Positions 1-8,382 of a stretch of 64,000 bases of DNA are shown in pieces. The notes under the pieces were generated by a model. The model ran no database searches and was not told where the DNA came from. It worked only from the letters and a program-made list of their open reading frames with translations. The stretch spans positions 6,175-70,174 of the forward strand of contig JAFUTN010000028.1 of the NCBI GenBank assembly GCA_017484225.1, in the 5' to 3' direction. The stretch's first letter is position 1; each line of letters starts with the position of its first letter. A program made the translations under genes and the position numbers. The DNA comes from Alphaproteobacteria bacterium. GTDB lineage: Bacteria > Pseudomonadota > Alphaproteobacteria > RF32 > CAG-239.

Positions 1-544
1 GCATCGGCAAAACTTTATAGCAACTGTTTACGCTTTCTTCAAATACCTGATTAAAAGCAATATCCTTTTCCATAATGCGGCCTTTATTCAAGGTTGCCTG
101 CTTATCATAACGGCGGCAGCCGAAAATACGGAATCTGTAATTTCCGACTTTGCCGGAATATGGAGATTCGGCACCGTCATTTTTGATTCTGAAATCAACA
201 TGAGCAAGGGCAATAGGTGCCATCATGCAACAGTTTCTTTGCATTGCTTCATAAACAACCGGAGTGTAAGCAACAACCGGAGGTGTTTGCACTACAACCT
301 GTTGTTCAACTTTGCGCTCGGCGCATTTTTTGCAAGGTCCGGGAAACAAACTGCCATCTTTTGTGCATGATTTACACGGTCCTCCCGGAAATAAACTGCC
401 GTCTTTTTTCGGGTTATAACCGGTGTTGCGAACATACGATGGTTCCGAATACATGTATTGTGCGCAAACCACACCGGAAGCTATTGTGCTTATACCGAGT
501 GCAGCCGATAAAACGTAAAGCATTTTTTTGTTTTTATTCATCAT
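1..544 (-). CDS. Secreted Cys-rich hypothetical protein, truncated by the left window edge (absent from the ORF track)
   Basis: Hand translation gives MMNKNKKMLYVLSAALGISTIASGVVCAQ..., with an AGGAG RBS, a signal peptide and a tandem KDGSLFPG(G)PCKxC repeat; the frame stays open to position 1. Confidence 0.75.
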   Translation of the reverse strand, partial: MMNKNKKMLYVLSAALGISTIASGVVCAQYMYSEPSYVRNTGYNPKKDGSLFPGGPCKSCTKDGSLFPGPCKKCAERKVEQQVVVQTPPVVAYTPVVYEAMQRNCCMMAPIALAHVDFRIKNDGAESPYSGKVGNYRFRIFGCRRYDKQATLNKGRIMEKDIAFNQVFEESVNSCYKVLPM

Positions 545-551
545 ATATCTC

Positions 552-2075
552 CTATACCAATTTTGACGGCGCCACATATCGGTATGAAAGCGCCTCGGCT
601 ATGTGTACTTTAGACACTTTTTTTGCATTTTGCAAGTCCGCAATTGTTCTTGCCAGTTTTAATGTGCGATTATATGCCCTTGCCGACATTTTCATTTTAG
701 CGGCAAAGTTCACCAATAAGTCTTTAGAATCCTTATCCAACTCCGTTGCTTCTTCAAGCAAATCGCCGCGAAGTTGTGAATTTGTATGTAAATCCGGTTT
801 CCCAAATTTGTTAAATCTTTCCTGCTGAATTTGGCGGGCAGCAATTACTCTTTTTCTTATCTGCTCCGAAGTTTCGCCTTTTTTTACATCAGACATATCC
901 CACGGGCTGACCGGCGGAACTTGAATATTCATATCAAATCTGTCCATAAGCGGGCCGGAAATTTTGGATTGATATTCTTCCGCGCATTTCGGAGCGCGAG
1001 AACATTCTTGCCCGTTCTGCCCCAAATATCCGCATTTACAAGGGTTCATGGCTGCAATCAACTGGAATCTTGCCGGATATTGAGTATGGCAATGAACGCG
1101 TGAAATACTCACATATCCTGTCTCTAAAGGTTGACGCAAAGCTTCTAATGTGCTGCGATTAAATTCCGGTAACTCATCCAAAAATAAAACACCGTTGTGT
1201 GCTAAGGATATTTCTCCGGGAACACCTTTACGTCCTCCTCCGATAAGTGCCGGAGTTGAGGCATTGTGGTGCGGATCACGGAAAGGGCGTTCAAAACTCA
1301 ACTCACCGTTTTTAAGCTCACCGGCAATGGAGTGTATCATACATGTTTCCAAAGCTTCTTCAGTTGTGAGCGGTGGCAAAATAGTAACCAATCTTGATGC
1401 CAACATGGATTTTCCTGCCCCCGGTGTTCCGACCATCAAAAGATTATGAGCACCGGCAGCGGCAATTTCTAAGGCTCTTTTTGCTGTTTCTTGTCCTTTA
1501 ACATCAGCCATATCCAAATCCGTTAACTCACTTTTTTTCTTCTTTGCAATCGGATTTGGTAAACGCTGATTTCCTTTAAAATGATTAAGCAAAGAAATAA
1601 GACTTGGAGCGGCAATAATGTCTTTTAATCCGGACCAAACAGCTTCGCTTCCTTGTGTCTGCGGGCAAATTAATCCCTTGTTTTTGCGATTGGCATGAAT
1701 GGCTACCGGCAAAACACCGTTTATCGGCATAACCGCACCGTCAAGTCCGAGTTCACCGATAACAATATAGTCGGCAACATCTTCCTGATTAACAATTCCC
1801 ATGCCGGCAAGCAAAGCAAGCGCAATCGGCAAATCAAAATGCGAACCTTCTTTCAGTAAATCTGCAGGAGCCAAATTTACGGTGATTCTTTTTGCCGGCA
1901 GTTCAACTCCGAGTGAATTTATGGCCGCACGGACACGTTCTTTGCTTTCGGCAATGGTTTTATCCGGCAAACCGACAATATTAAAAGCCGGCAATCCGGA
2001 TGAAATTTGCAGCTGCAAATCAACATCCAGAGTTTCAAGGCCATTAAAGGCTATGGTATTAACACGTGACAACAT
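552..2075 (-). CDS. comM: YifB/ComM Mg-chelatase-like AAA+ ATPase
   Basis: VGLPD..ESKERVR, NLAPAD..KEGSHFDLPIA, Walker A GTPGAGKS, LFLDELPEF, AAMNPC. Confidence 0.95.
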   Translation of the reverse strand: MLSRVNTIAFNGLETLDVDLQLQISSGLPAFNIVGLPDKTIAESKERVRAAINSLGVELPAKRITVNLAPADLLKEGSHFDLPIALALLAGMGIVNQEDVADYIVIGELGLDGAVMPINGVLPVAIHANRKNKGLICPQTQGSEAVWSGLKDIIAAPSLISLLNHFKGNQRLPNPIAKKKKSELTDLDMADVKGQETAKRALEIAAAGAHNLLMVGTPGAGKSMLASRLVTILPPLTTEEALETCMIHSIAGELKNGELSFERPFRDPHHNASTPALIGGGRKGVPGEISLAHNGVLFLDELPEFNRSTLEALRQPLETGYVSISRVHCHTQYPARFQLIAAMNPCKCGYLGQNGQECSRAPKCAEEYQSKISGPLMDRFDMNIQVPPVSPWDMSDVKKGETSEQIRKRVIAARQIQQERFNKFGKPDLHTNSQLRGDLLEEATELDKDSKDLLVNFAAKMKMSARAYNRTLKLARTIADLQNAKKVSKVHIAEALSYRYVAPSKLV

Positions 2076-2086
2076 TGCTTAAGCCC

Positions 2087-2830
2087 TTACCATCTCGGAA
2101 CAACATCACCCTCCCGCCATCTGCGCGCCGGATATCCGCGTTGCGGAGCAACATCATATTTGGCGGCAACTTTCGGAATTTGCGAAATTCTGACATATCC
2201 GGCATAAGTCATGTTTTCCGCACATGCTTCCATTTGTTCTTCCGTTCCGCGGCAAAATACAACCATACGGGTATTTAAATCTTCCAACATAATTTGCTTT
2301 TTATGCTTGTTTTTCGGCATTTTTTCACCGACTGCGTATTTTTGTTCAATATCGTAATCATACATCTTTACAATGCACTCTTCATCAGGTTCAACCGGTT
2401 TTTGCAAAACTTCCGGAATTGTCGGTTGCTTGTTATTTATATTTTCAGCCTTAACTTCCTGCATATTAGATGAAACAACAATTTCTTTTTCTTGCTCCAT
2501 GGAAATTTCTTCTTCGGAAGAACCCCATAAGAGGCTCCAAAAACTGCTGCTTTTTTCCGTTGCAACGCTTTTTTCCTCAACAATATTTTCATTGGCTCGT
2601 GTAACGGTCATTTTTTGCGGAACATCTTCCGGTCTGATAACATCAGCTTCATCACATGCCGGAATAGTATAGGTATTACCGTTACTGTCGGTGAGAGTTA
2701 CCGTTTTGTTGTTGCTGCAAATATAGTCATACTCTGCATCATAGTCGTCTTCCTGATAAACCTCAACACTTGAACATCCGGCAATCAAAATTGCCAGACA
2801 CGAAAACAAAACCGGATAAATACGTTTCAT
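2087..2830 (-). CDS. Hypothetical lipoprotein
   Basis: Lipobox LIAGC after a hydrophobic segment. Confidence 0.7.
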   Translation of the reverse strand: MKRIYPVLFSCLAILIAGCSSVEVYQEDDYDAEYDYICSNNKTVTLTDSNGNTYTIPACDEADVIRPEDVPQKMTVTRANENIVEEKSVATEKSSSFWSLLWGSSEEEISMEQEKEIVVSSNMQEVKAENINNKQPTIPEVLQKPVEPDEECIVKMYDYDIEQKYAVGEKMPKNKHKKQIMLEDLNTRMVVFCRGTEEQMEACAENMTYAGYVRISQIPKVAAKYDVAPQRGYPARRWREGDVVPRW

Positions 2831-2944
2831 GTTTCAATCCTTAAAAAAACTCTTTTGTGCCATAATAAAACGAAAGTGTTAAAATAATATTTAAATTGCG
2901 TGCAAAAAAGCGCTTGATTTTTTTGCAAAAAAATGTAAATTAAG

Positions 2945-3044
2945 CGCTGTCCCTTGCCGGATTCCGAAAGAGGGTTCGGCTATACAAGAACCGGTCTTTG
3001 ATGAAAAGGCCATTTGTTGAGTTATCCATAAGGAGATATAAAAT
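2945..3044 (+). promoter_or_regulatory. Probable S6:S18 ribosomal protein leader
   Basis: CCCTTG...CAAG stem with an inner hairpin upstream of rpsF; TTGATT/TAAATT promoter-like boxes lie upstream. Confidence 0.45.
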
Positions 3045-3374
3045 ATGTCTAATTACGAAGGCGTTTTAATCGCCCGTCAAGACCTCGGAGCTTCTCAAGT
3101 TAATGACCTCGTATCTAATTTGAGCGAAGTTATTAAAAAAGAAGGCGGTGAGGTTGTAAAAGTAGATAATTGGGGTTTGAAAAACCTTGCTTATCGTATC
3201 AAAAAAAACCGTAAAGGTTACTATGTTTTGTTAAACATTGTAGCTCCGTCAAAAGCAATCAACGAATATGAACGTGTTATGCGTCTGAATGAAGATGTTA
3301 TCCGTTTCATGACTGTAAAAGTTGAAGAATTTAACAGCGAATCAGCTTCCGGTGAAGCCGGTGAAAACGCATAA
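3045..3374 (+). CDS. rpsF: 30S ribosomal protein S6
   Basis: [24 protein letters not shown]. Confidence 0.97.
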   Translation: MSNYEGVLIARQDLGASQVNDLVSNLSEVIKKEGGEVVKVDNWGLKNLAYRIKKNRKGYYVLLNIVAPSKAINEYERVMRLNEDVIRFMTVKVEEFNSESASGEAGENA

Positions 3375-3388
3375 AGGAGATTTTTACA

Positions 3389-3613
3389 ATGGCTAAACAA
3401 ACTTTTTTCAAAAGAAAATCTTGCCCGTTCTCAGGTGAAAACGGCATTAAAATTGATTATAAAGACGTGAAAACTCTTTCTCGCTATATTTCCGAAAAAG
3501 GTAAAATTATTCCGTCTCGTATCACTTCTGTTTCGGCTAAAAAACAAAGAGAATTGGCTCGCGCCATTAAACGCGCTCGTTATATTGCTTTGTTACCGTA
3601 TGTTGCAATGTAG
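3389..3613 (+). CDS. rpsR: 30S ribosomal protein S18
   Basis: [34 protein letters not shown]. Confidence 0.98.
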   Translation: MAKQTFFKRKSCPFSGENGIKIDYKDVKTLSRYISEKGKIIPSRITSVSAKKQRELARAIKRARYIALLPYVAM

Positions 3614-3622
3614 GAGGCTAAA

Positions 3623-4108
3623 ATGGAAGTTATTTTACTTGAACACGTTGAAAAACTCGGAAAAATGGGCGATAAAGTAAATGTTAAAAACGGATATGCC
3701 CGTAACTACTTATTGCCGCAGAAAAAAGCTTTGCGTGCAACAGATGCCAATATGGCTTATTTTGAAGCACAAAAGGCTGCTTTGGAAGCTCATAACAAAG
3801 AATTGTTTGAAGCTGCTTCCAAGTTAGCAGAAACATTGAACGGATTTAATGCCGTATTGATTCGTCAAGCTGCTGAAACCGGTCAATTATACGGTTCCGT
3901 TACTATTCGCGATATTGCCGGTGCAATTAAAGAAGCCGGTTTTGATGTTGCTCGTCGCTATGTTTATTTGGAAAAGCCGATTAAGGATTTGGGTATTTAC
4001 CAAGTTAAACTTAATTTGCACCCTGAAGTTACTCAGACAATTTTGGTAAATGTTGCCAGAAGTGCTGATGAAGCTAAAAAACAAGCAAAAGCATACAATC
4101 AAGAATAG
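3623..4108 (+). CDS. rplI: 50S ribosomal protein L9
   Basis: MEVILLE..LGKMGD.V.VKNGYARNYLLP, GQLYGSV. Confidence 0.98.
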   Translation: MEVILLEHVEKLGKMGDKVNVKNGYARNYLLPQKKALRATDANMAYFEAQKAALEAHNKELFEAASKLAETLNGFNAVLIRQAAETGQLYGSVTIRDIAGAIKEAGFDVARRYVYLEKPIKDLGIYQVKLNLHPEVTQTILVNVARSADEAKKQAKAYNQE

Positions 4109-4127
4109 GTTACTTTTGCGAAAAAAT

Positions 4128-4159
4128 AAAAACTCCGGCAATTTGCCGGAGTTTTTTTT
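4128..4159. terminator. Bidirectional intrinsic terminator
   Basis: AAAAACTCCGGCAA-T-TTGCCGGAGTTTTT between convergent rplI and pth. Confidence 0.85.
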
Positions 4160-4164
4160 GTTTG

Positions 4165-4743
4165 TTATTTATTTTGCAATTTCATGCCGATTCGGTTAGA
4201 AAACTCGGCTATTCCTTTTTTCAGCAAAATCGGTAATAAATCAGTCACGATTTCTATGTCTTTTTCAATATTTTGCTTATCTGACTTAGAAAATCCGGAC
4301 AAAACATGGTTAACAATGCTTTCTTCATCTCGGTTCACGGGATGCCCGACTCCGATTCGGATGCGGTTATATTCGGGAGAAATGCAAGAATCAATGCTTT
4401 TTAATCCGTTATGGCCGCCGGAGCCTCCGCCTGTTTTGGCTTTAATTTTTTCCGTCGGTAAATCCATATCATCATGAATAACAATCACATTTTGCGGCAA
4501 AATTTTGTAAAAAGAAGCCGCCTTCACAACACTGTTTCCGGAAAGGTTCATAAAAGTTTGCGGTTTCAGCAAATAAATTTTTTCACCTTCAATATTCCCC
4601 TCGGCAATCAAACCGTCAAATTTGTTGCGCCACGGTGCAAAATTATAACGGCGGAATATTTCATCCGCCGCCATAAATCCCACATTGTGACGGCTGGTAG
4701 CGTATTGCGCGCCGGGGTTACCGAGACCAACCACCAAAAACAT
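4165..4743 (-). CDS. pth: Peptidyl-tRNA hydrolase
   Basis: VGLGNPG..Y..SRHNVGF, KPQTFMNLSG, HDDMDL, GGHNGLKS. Confidence 0.97.
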   Translation of the reverse strand: MFLVVGLGNPGAQYATSRHNVGFMAADEIFRRYNFAPWRNKFDGLIAEGNIEGEKIYLLKPQTFMNLSGNSVVKAASFYKILPQNVIVIHDDMDLPTEKIKAKTGGGSGGHNGLKSIDSCISPEYNRIRIGVGHPVNRDEESIVNHVLSGFSKSDKQNIEKDIEIVTDLLPILLKKGIAEFSNRIGMKLQNK

Positions 4744-4752
4744 GCTAAATCC

Positions 4753-5043
4753 TTATTTACGCATAAAGTCAACGTGAATAGGTTTGTCAGAAACCGGATG
4801 GAATTGAACATCTTGGCAAACAACCTTAGTGTTTTTACCATCTAAAGCAATAGTGATTTCGGATTTGTAAAAATCTCTGATATCCAAAGCTTTTTCTAAT
4901 TCAACCGGATCCAAGCTGATTAATACGGCATCTTTTTTACCACCGTAAATAACTGCAGGAATGCGACCCTCACGACGACATGCACGAGCTGCCCCCTTAC
5001 CTGCTTTCTCACGCTTTTGCGCATTAAAAGTAATATCTGTCAT
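4753..5043 (-). CDS. rplY: 50S ribosomal protein L25, short form (96 aa)
   Basis: GKGAAR..RREGRIPAVIYG, QFHPV..KPIHVDF; GAGG RBS before the ATG at 5043. Confidence 0.93.
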   Translation of the reverse strand: MTDITFNAQKREKAGKGAARACRREGRIPAVIYGGKKDAVLISLDPVELEKALDIRDFYKSEITIALDGKNTKVVCQDVQFHPVSDKPIHVDFMRK

Positions 5044-5110
5044 ATTTGTTTCCTCATAAATTAAGTTTATATCACCGGCAGCCTCCAGGGGTGCCGTCGG
5101 CAAGTGTTCT
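5044..5110 (-). promoter_or_regulatory. Structured rplY leader
   Basis: Minus-strand CGGCA-CCCCTGGAGGC-TGCCG hairpin immediately upstream of rplY. Confidence 0.5.
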
Positions 5111-5278
5111 TTTACATCATTCATTTTCTAAATGCAAGTCTTTTTTAGTCGGCAGGTTCTTCATAATATTGTCAAAAATTTTTATTTTTTGTCATTTTTA
5201 GGCTTGCATTTTATTTTTATTGTGCTAGTATGACTCTTACGTGATTTTATAATTAATGTTTAATTAAATTTAGAGCTT

Positions 5279-5680
5279 ATGAAAGTAGTATCTTTGGAGA
5301 ACCTGAACGGGTTCATTGTCAACAACACTTTTGAGATGATTGCTAACGAGATGGGTGCCAAAGCTGCCGAAGAGAAGCCGCGTCTGGTTCGGCTGGTGCT
5401 TCGTAACAGCGCAGAACCCAAGATACCCACCGGAGTGCCATTGGTGTCGTTCGTAAAGAATCTGCGACTCAACGGTGAGATTGTGGTGGTTGTCTTTGAC
5501 GTTGCAACCGGAGCCATTCAGCTGATTGACGGTAGCTACATCGCCTCTGAGACCAACGTGAAGGGCAACTTCAAGATTGCCGGCGTGACCTATGGGATCA
5601 AGGACACTGTCAACGGGATTGCCCGCTACCATCGTGTGGTGGTGCCCCGCAAGCGTCCCCGCAAGAAGGTTCAACTCTGA
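5279..5680 (+). CDS. Orphan protein with GC-rich codon usage and a basic C-terminal tail
   Basis: 133-aa ORF with consistent G/C third positions, an AT-rich SD-less leader and an upstream TTGCAT/TAGTAT promoter; ends PRKRPRKKVQL. Confidence 0.7.
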   Translation: MKVVSLENLNGFIVNNTFEMIANEMGAKAAEEKPRLVRLVLRNSAEPKIPTGVPLVSFVKNLRLNGEIVVVVFDVATGAIQLIDGSYIASETNVKGNFKIAGVTYGIKDTVNGIARYHRVVVPRKRPRKKVQL

Positions 5681-5716
5681 TAGTCTTGTCAGTGGTTTAA
5701 CTTTAAACGTTTGCCT

Positions 5717-5968
5717 ATGTGGATAGAAACATTTATCGGATTGCTCTTGGCGCAGTTTTCGCCACATGAGCCGACCATGCCTCCCTCGGAGCGTCAGTTT
5801 GCGCTGGAACCGCGTGTAGAATGGCGGATTCGGCGCAACGAAGAAGATGATGACGACGACTGGCGCGACCGGTTGTCAGACTTTCAGAAAGCACGGCTGC
5901 ACCGCATTGAGGTAAGAGTCAAGCCTCGTTACAATCGCCGCGGTTGTCGCCAGAGTTACAAAAACTAA
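5717..5968 (+). CDS. Small orphan protein
   Basis: ATG at 5717, same GC-rich style, followed by a hairpin. Confidence 0.55.
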   Translation: MWIETFIGLLLAQFSPHEPTMPPSERQFALEPRVEWRIRRNEEDDDDDWRDRLSDFQKARLHRIEVRVKPRYNRRGCRQSYKN

Positions 5969-5974
5969 TTAAAA

Positions 5975-5998
5975 GAAGCACCCCACAGAGGGTGCTTC
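5975..5998. terminator. Hairpin terminator between convergent genes
   Basis: GAAGCACCC-N6-GGGTGCTTC. Confidence 0.7.
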
Positions 5999-6026
5999 CG
6001 TATTTTTAAACAGCTAATGGGAAAAA

Positions 6027-7013
6027 TTATTTCTTCTTTTTATCCTTTTCCAAAAATTGCGAACCGATTTTTAAGAATTTTGCCGTGCGTTGTTCTTTCA
6101 ACTTAGCATAATCCATGCTTTTCAGTTCCTGCAAATTTTTCTTAACGGATTCGCGCAAATTATCAAACATCTGCTGCGGATTGCGGTGAGCGCCGCCCAA
6201 AGGTTCTTCTACAATTTCATCAATAATGCCAAGCTTTTTCAAATCTTGTGCAGTCAGATGCAAAGCCTCGGTAGCTTCTTTGGTTTTTTCCGCCGAACGC
6301 CACAAAATTGAGGCACATCCTTCCGGAGAAATTACCGAATATATGGAATGTTCCAGCATAATAACTTTGTCGGCAACGGCAATAGCAATGGCTCCGCCGG
6401 AACCGCCTTCGCCGATAACGGTTGAAATTATAGGGGTTTTGACTTGCAAGCATTTTTCTATTGATGAAGCAATTGCCTCTGCCTGACCTCGGGCTTCGGC
6501 ATCAATACCGGGGTATGCACCGGCGGTGTCAACAAAAGAGAGTATCGGGAGCTTAAATTTTTCGGCCATATCCATTAAACGCTGAGCTTTGCGGTATCCT
6601 TCCGGTTTTGCCATACCGAAGTTGTATTTAATGCGGGAATCCAAATCGTTTCCCTTTTCTTGTCCGATAACAACAACCGGAGTTCCTTCAAATTTACCGA
6701 TTCCGCCGACTAAGGCTTTATCGTCGGCAAAACGGCGATCGCCGCATAAAAGCGTAAAATCTTCAATTAAAGCATTAATATAGTCCAAACAATGCGGGCG
6801 CGAAGGATGACGGGCAATTTGTGCTTTTTGCCACGGCGTCAGGTTACGATAAACATTTTCCTTGTGGGTATTTAAACGTTTTTCCAAACGCTTGATTTCC
6901 TTATTGATATCCAAATCTTCATCAGGAGATATTTGCTTCAGATGATTAATTTTTTCTTCAATTTCAACAATGGTTTTTTCAAAGTCTAAAATCACGTTTT
7001 CAGTATCACTCAT
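6027..7013 (-). CDS. accA: Acetyl-CoA carboxylase carboxyltransferase subunit alpha
   Basis: LDFEK, ARHP.RP, PEGYRKA.RLM, DTAGAYPG, GEGGSGGA, SVISPEGCASILW. Confidence 0.97.
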   Translation of the reverse strand: MSDTENVILDFEKTIVEIEEKINHLKQISPDEDLDINKEIKRLEKRLNTHKENVYRNLTPWQKAQIARHPSRPHCLDYINALIEDFTLLCGDRRFADDKALVGGIGKFEGTPVVVIGQEKGNDLDSRIKYNFGMAKPEGYRKAQRLMDMAEKFKLPILSFVDTAGAYPGIDAEARGQAEAIASSIEKCLQVKTPIISTVIGEGGSGGAIAIAVADKVIMLEHSIYSVISPEGCASILWRSAEKTKEATEALHLTAQDLKKLGIIDEIVEEPLGGAHRNPQQMFDNLRESVKKNLQELKSMDYAKLKEQRTAKFLKIGSQFLEKDKKKK

Positions 7014-7173
7014 TACACAGCCTCAAAACATACATTATTTTCGCGTGAAGTTTAGCACATTTTTTGCAAATGTTTAGAGTTTTTTTGGTTCGTGTTGATT
7101 AATATTAACTTTTTAATAAAAAACTTTTGCTAGAATGGTGCGGAAGATTAAGAGTTAAACCGCTGTTTATGAG

Positions 7174-8382
7174 GTGTTTGAAATGTTGTCAGTTGCTTTT
7201 TTCGGGGCATTTTTTGCTTCTGCGAGCTGGTTGATTTATGCGTATTTGTATGTTAAAGCGCAGCTTGGGAACGTTGCATTGTTTGAGCAATCTCCGGAAA
7301 TTTTGCTTAATTTTATGGCTATTGTTGTTGTGCCGGTATTGTTAATTTGGTTTATTTTCGGCTATGCAAACCAATTTATTGCCAATCGTGCCATGAATAT
7401 TAAGCAGGGAGAACTGCTGCGTCAACTGCAAAAAAATCAGGACTATACCGACTTGGTTGTTCGCGTGATGCTGGAAACCGAACACGAAATCAAGGACGGA
7501 TTTGTGATTAATAAGTTTGACACATTTATTGCCGATATGAATGAATCTTTAAGCGAGATTATTCAACGCTGCAATATTGCGTCAACGGCTCAGCTTGATC
7601 AACTTTGGCAAAGAGTTTTGCGCGGCGAACGCTGGGCATTGGGCAAAGCGGTTATTGATGCCGGAAAAAATCAAAACACTTTTAATGCATGGGTGAGAGA
7701 AAAAATCACGCGGGATAAAGTTTTTCGCGGAACATTATTGGAATTTTGTTCTCGCTACCAGAATCTTTTGCAACTTTTGGAAAAACACGACAGAGACCGC
7801 GTATTTTTGCGTATTGTGGAAACCGGAGTTTTTGGAAAAGTTTATTCAATTATTGCTCCGCTCAGTGAAGGAATTGTTTCTCCTCAGGCAAAAGCCGAAC
7901 CGCAAGAAGAAAATGAATATGCTTCGGTGTTGAAAATTGCCACAATGGAAGAACCGAAAGCCAGTGACAGCATTGTTAATGTGGATAAAGATGTGGAAGA
8001 AAATGATGCGGAAGATGACGATTTGAGTGCGTATGCTCCGCGCGAATCATTTTTCAGTCGTTTGAATCCGTTTAAGCGTCAGGGTGATGAAAGTGATTTG
8101 CCGGATACCGGAGATGATCCGTTTTTTCAGGCCTTACACAACAGTTTCAGCGATAACGGCGAGCCGGCATTGTCAGAGCGGACTCCATCTCTTTCTGCCG
8201 ACATACGTTCAGCCGGCGAATACGGTGAAAAAAGCGAACCTCATATCGGTTCGGAGCCTCGTTTGAGTGCAGAAACACCTGTTTTTGCGGCCACAAACGA
8301 AAATCAGCCTAAAACTGATGAAAATGAAAAAGATTTGGCATATCCTTTCGGCGGATGGACAGATGAAAAAAATTATCGCTAG
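7174..8382 (+). CDS. Inner-membrane protein with a TipN/GPR-like helical domain and an acidic tail
   Basis: Two N-terminal TM segments; FR....EFC.RY..LL.....D......GKVY resembles the C-terminal domain of alphaproteobacterial polar proteins. Confidence 0.6.
   Translation: MFEMLSVAFFGAFFASASWLIYAYLYVKAQLGNVALFEQSPEILLNFMAIVVVPVLLIWFIFGYANQFIANRAMNIKQGELLRQLQKNQDYTDLVVRVMLETEHEIKDGFVINKFDTFIADMNESLSEIIQRCNIASTAQLDQLWQRVLRGERWALGKAVIDAGKNQNTFNAWVREKITRDKVFRGTLLEFCSRYQNLLQLLEKHDRDRVFLRIVETGVFGKVYSIIAPLSEGIVSPQAKAEPQEENEYASVLKIATMEEPKASDSIVNVDKDVEENDAEDDDLSAYAPRESFFSRLNPFKRQGDESDLPDTGDDPFFQALHNSFSDNGEPALSERTPSLSADIRSAGEYGEKSEPHIGSEPRLSAETPVFAATNENQPKTDENEKDLAYPFGGWTDEKNYR

Noticed and set aside
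217-828. 203-aa plus-strand ORF and the many other antisense ORFs in the track (e.g. 5270-5767, 54786-55490)
   Set aside because: They are shadows of well-supported genes on the opposite strand.
5253-5267. Additional TTAA-N7-TTAA matches (also 33372-33386)
   Set aside because: They lie in nearly pure A/T tracts where chance matches are expected.
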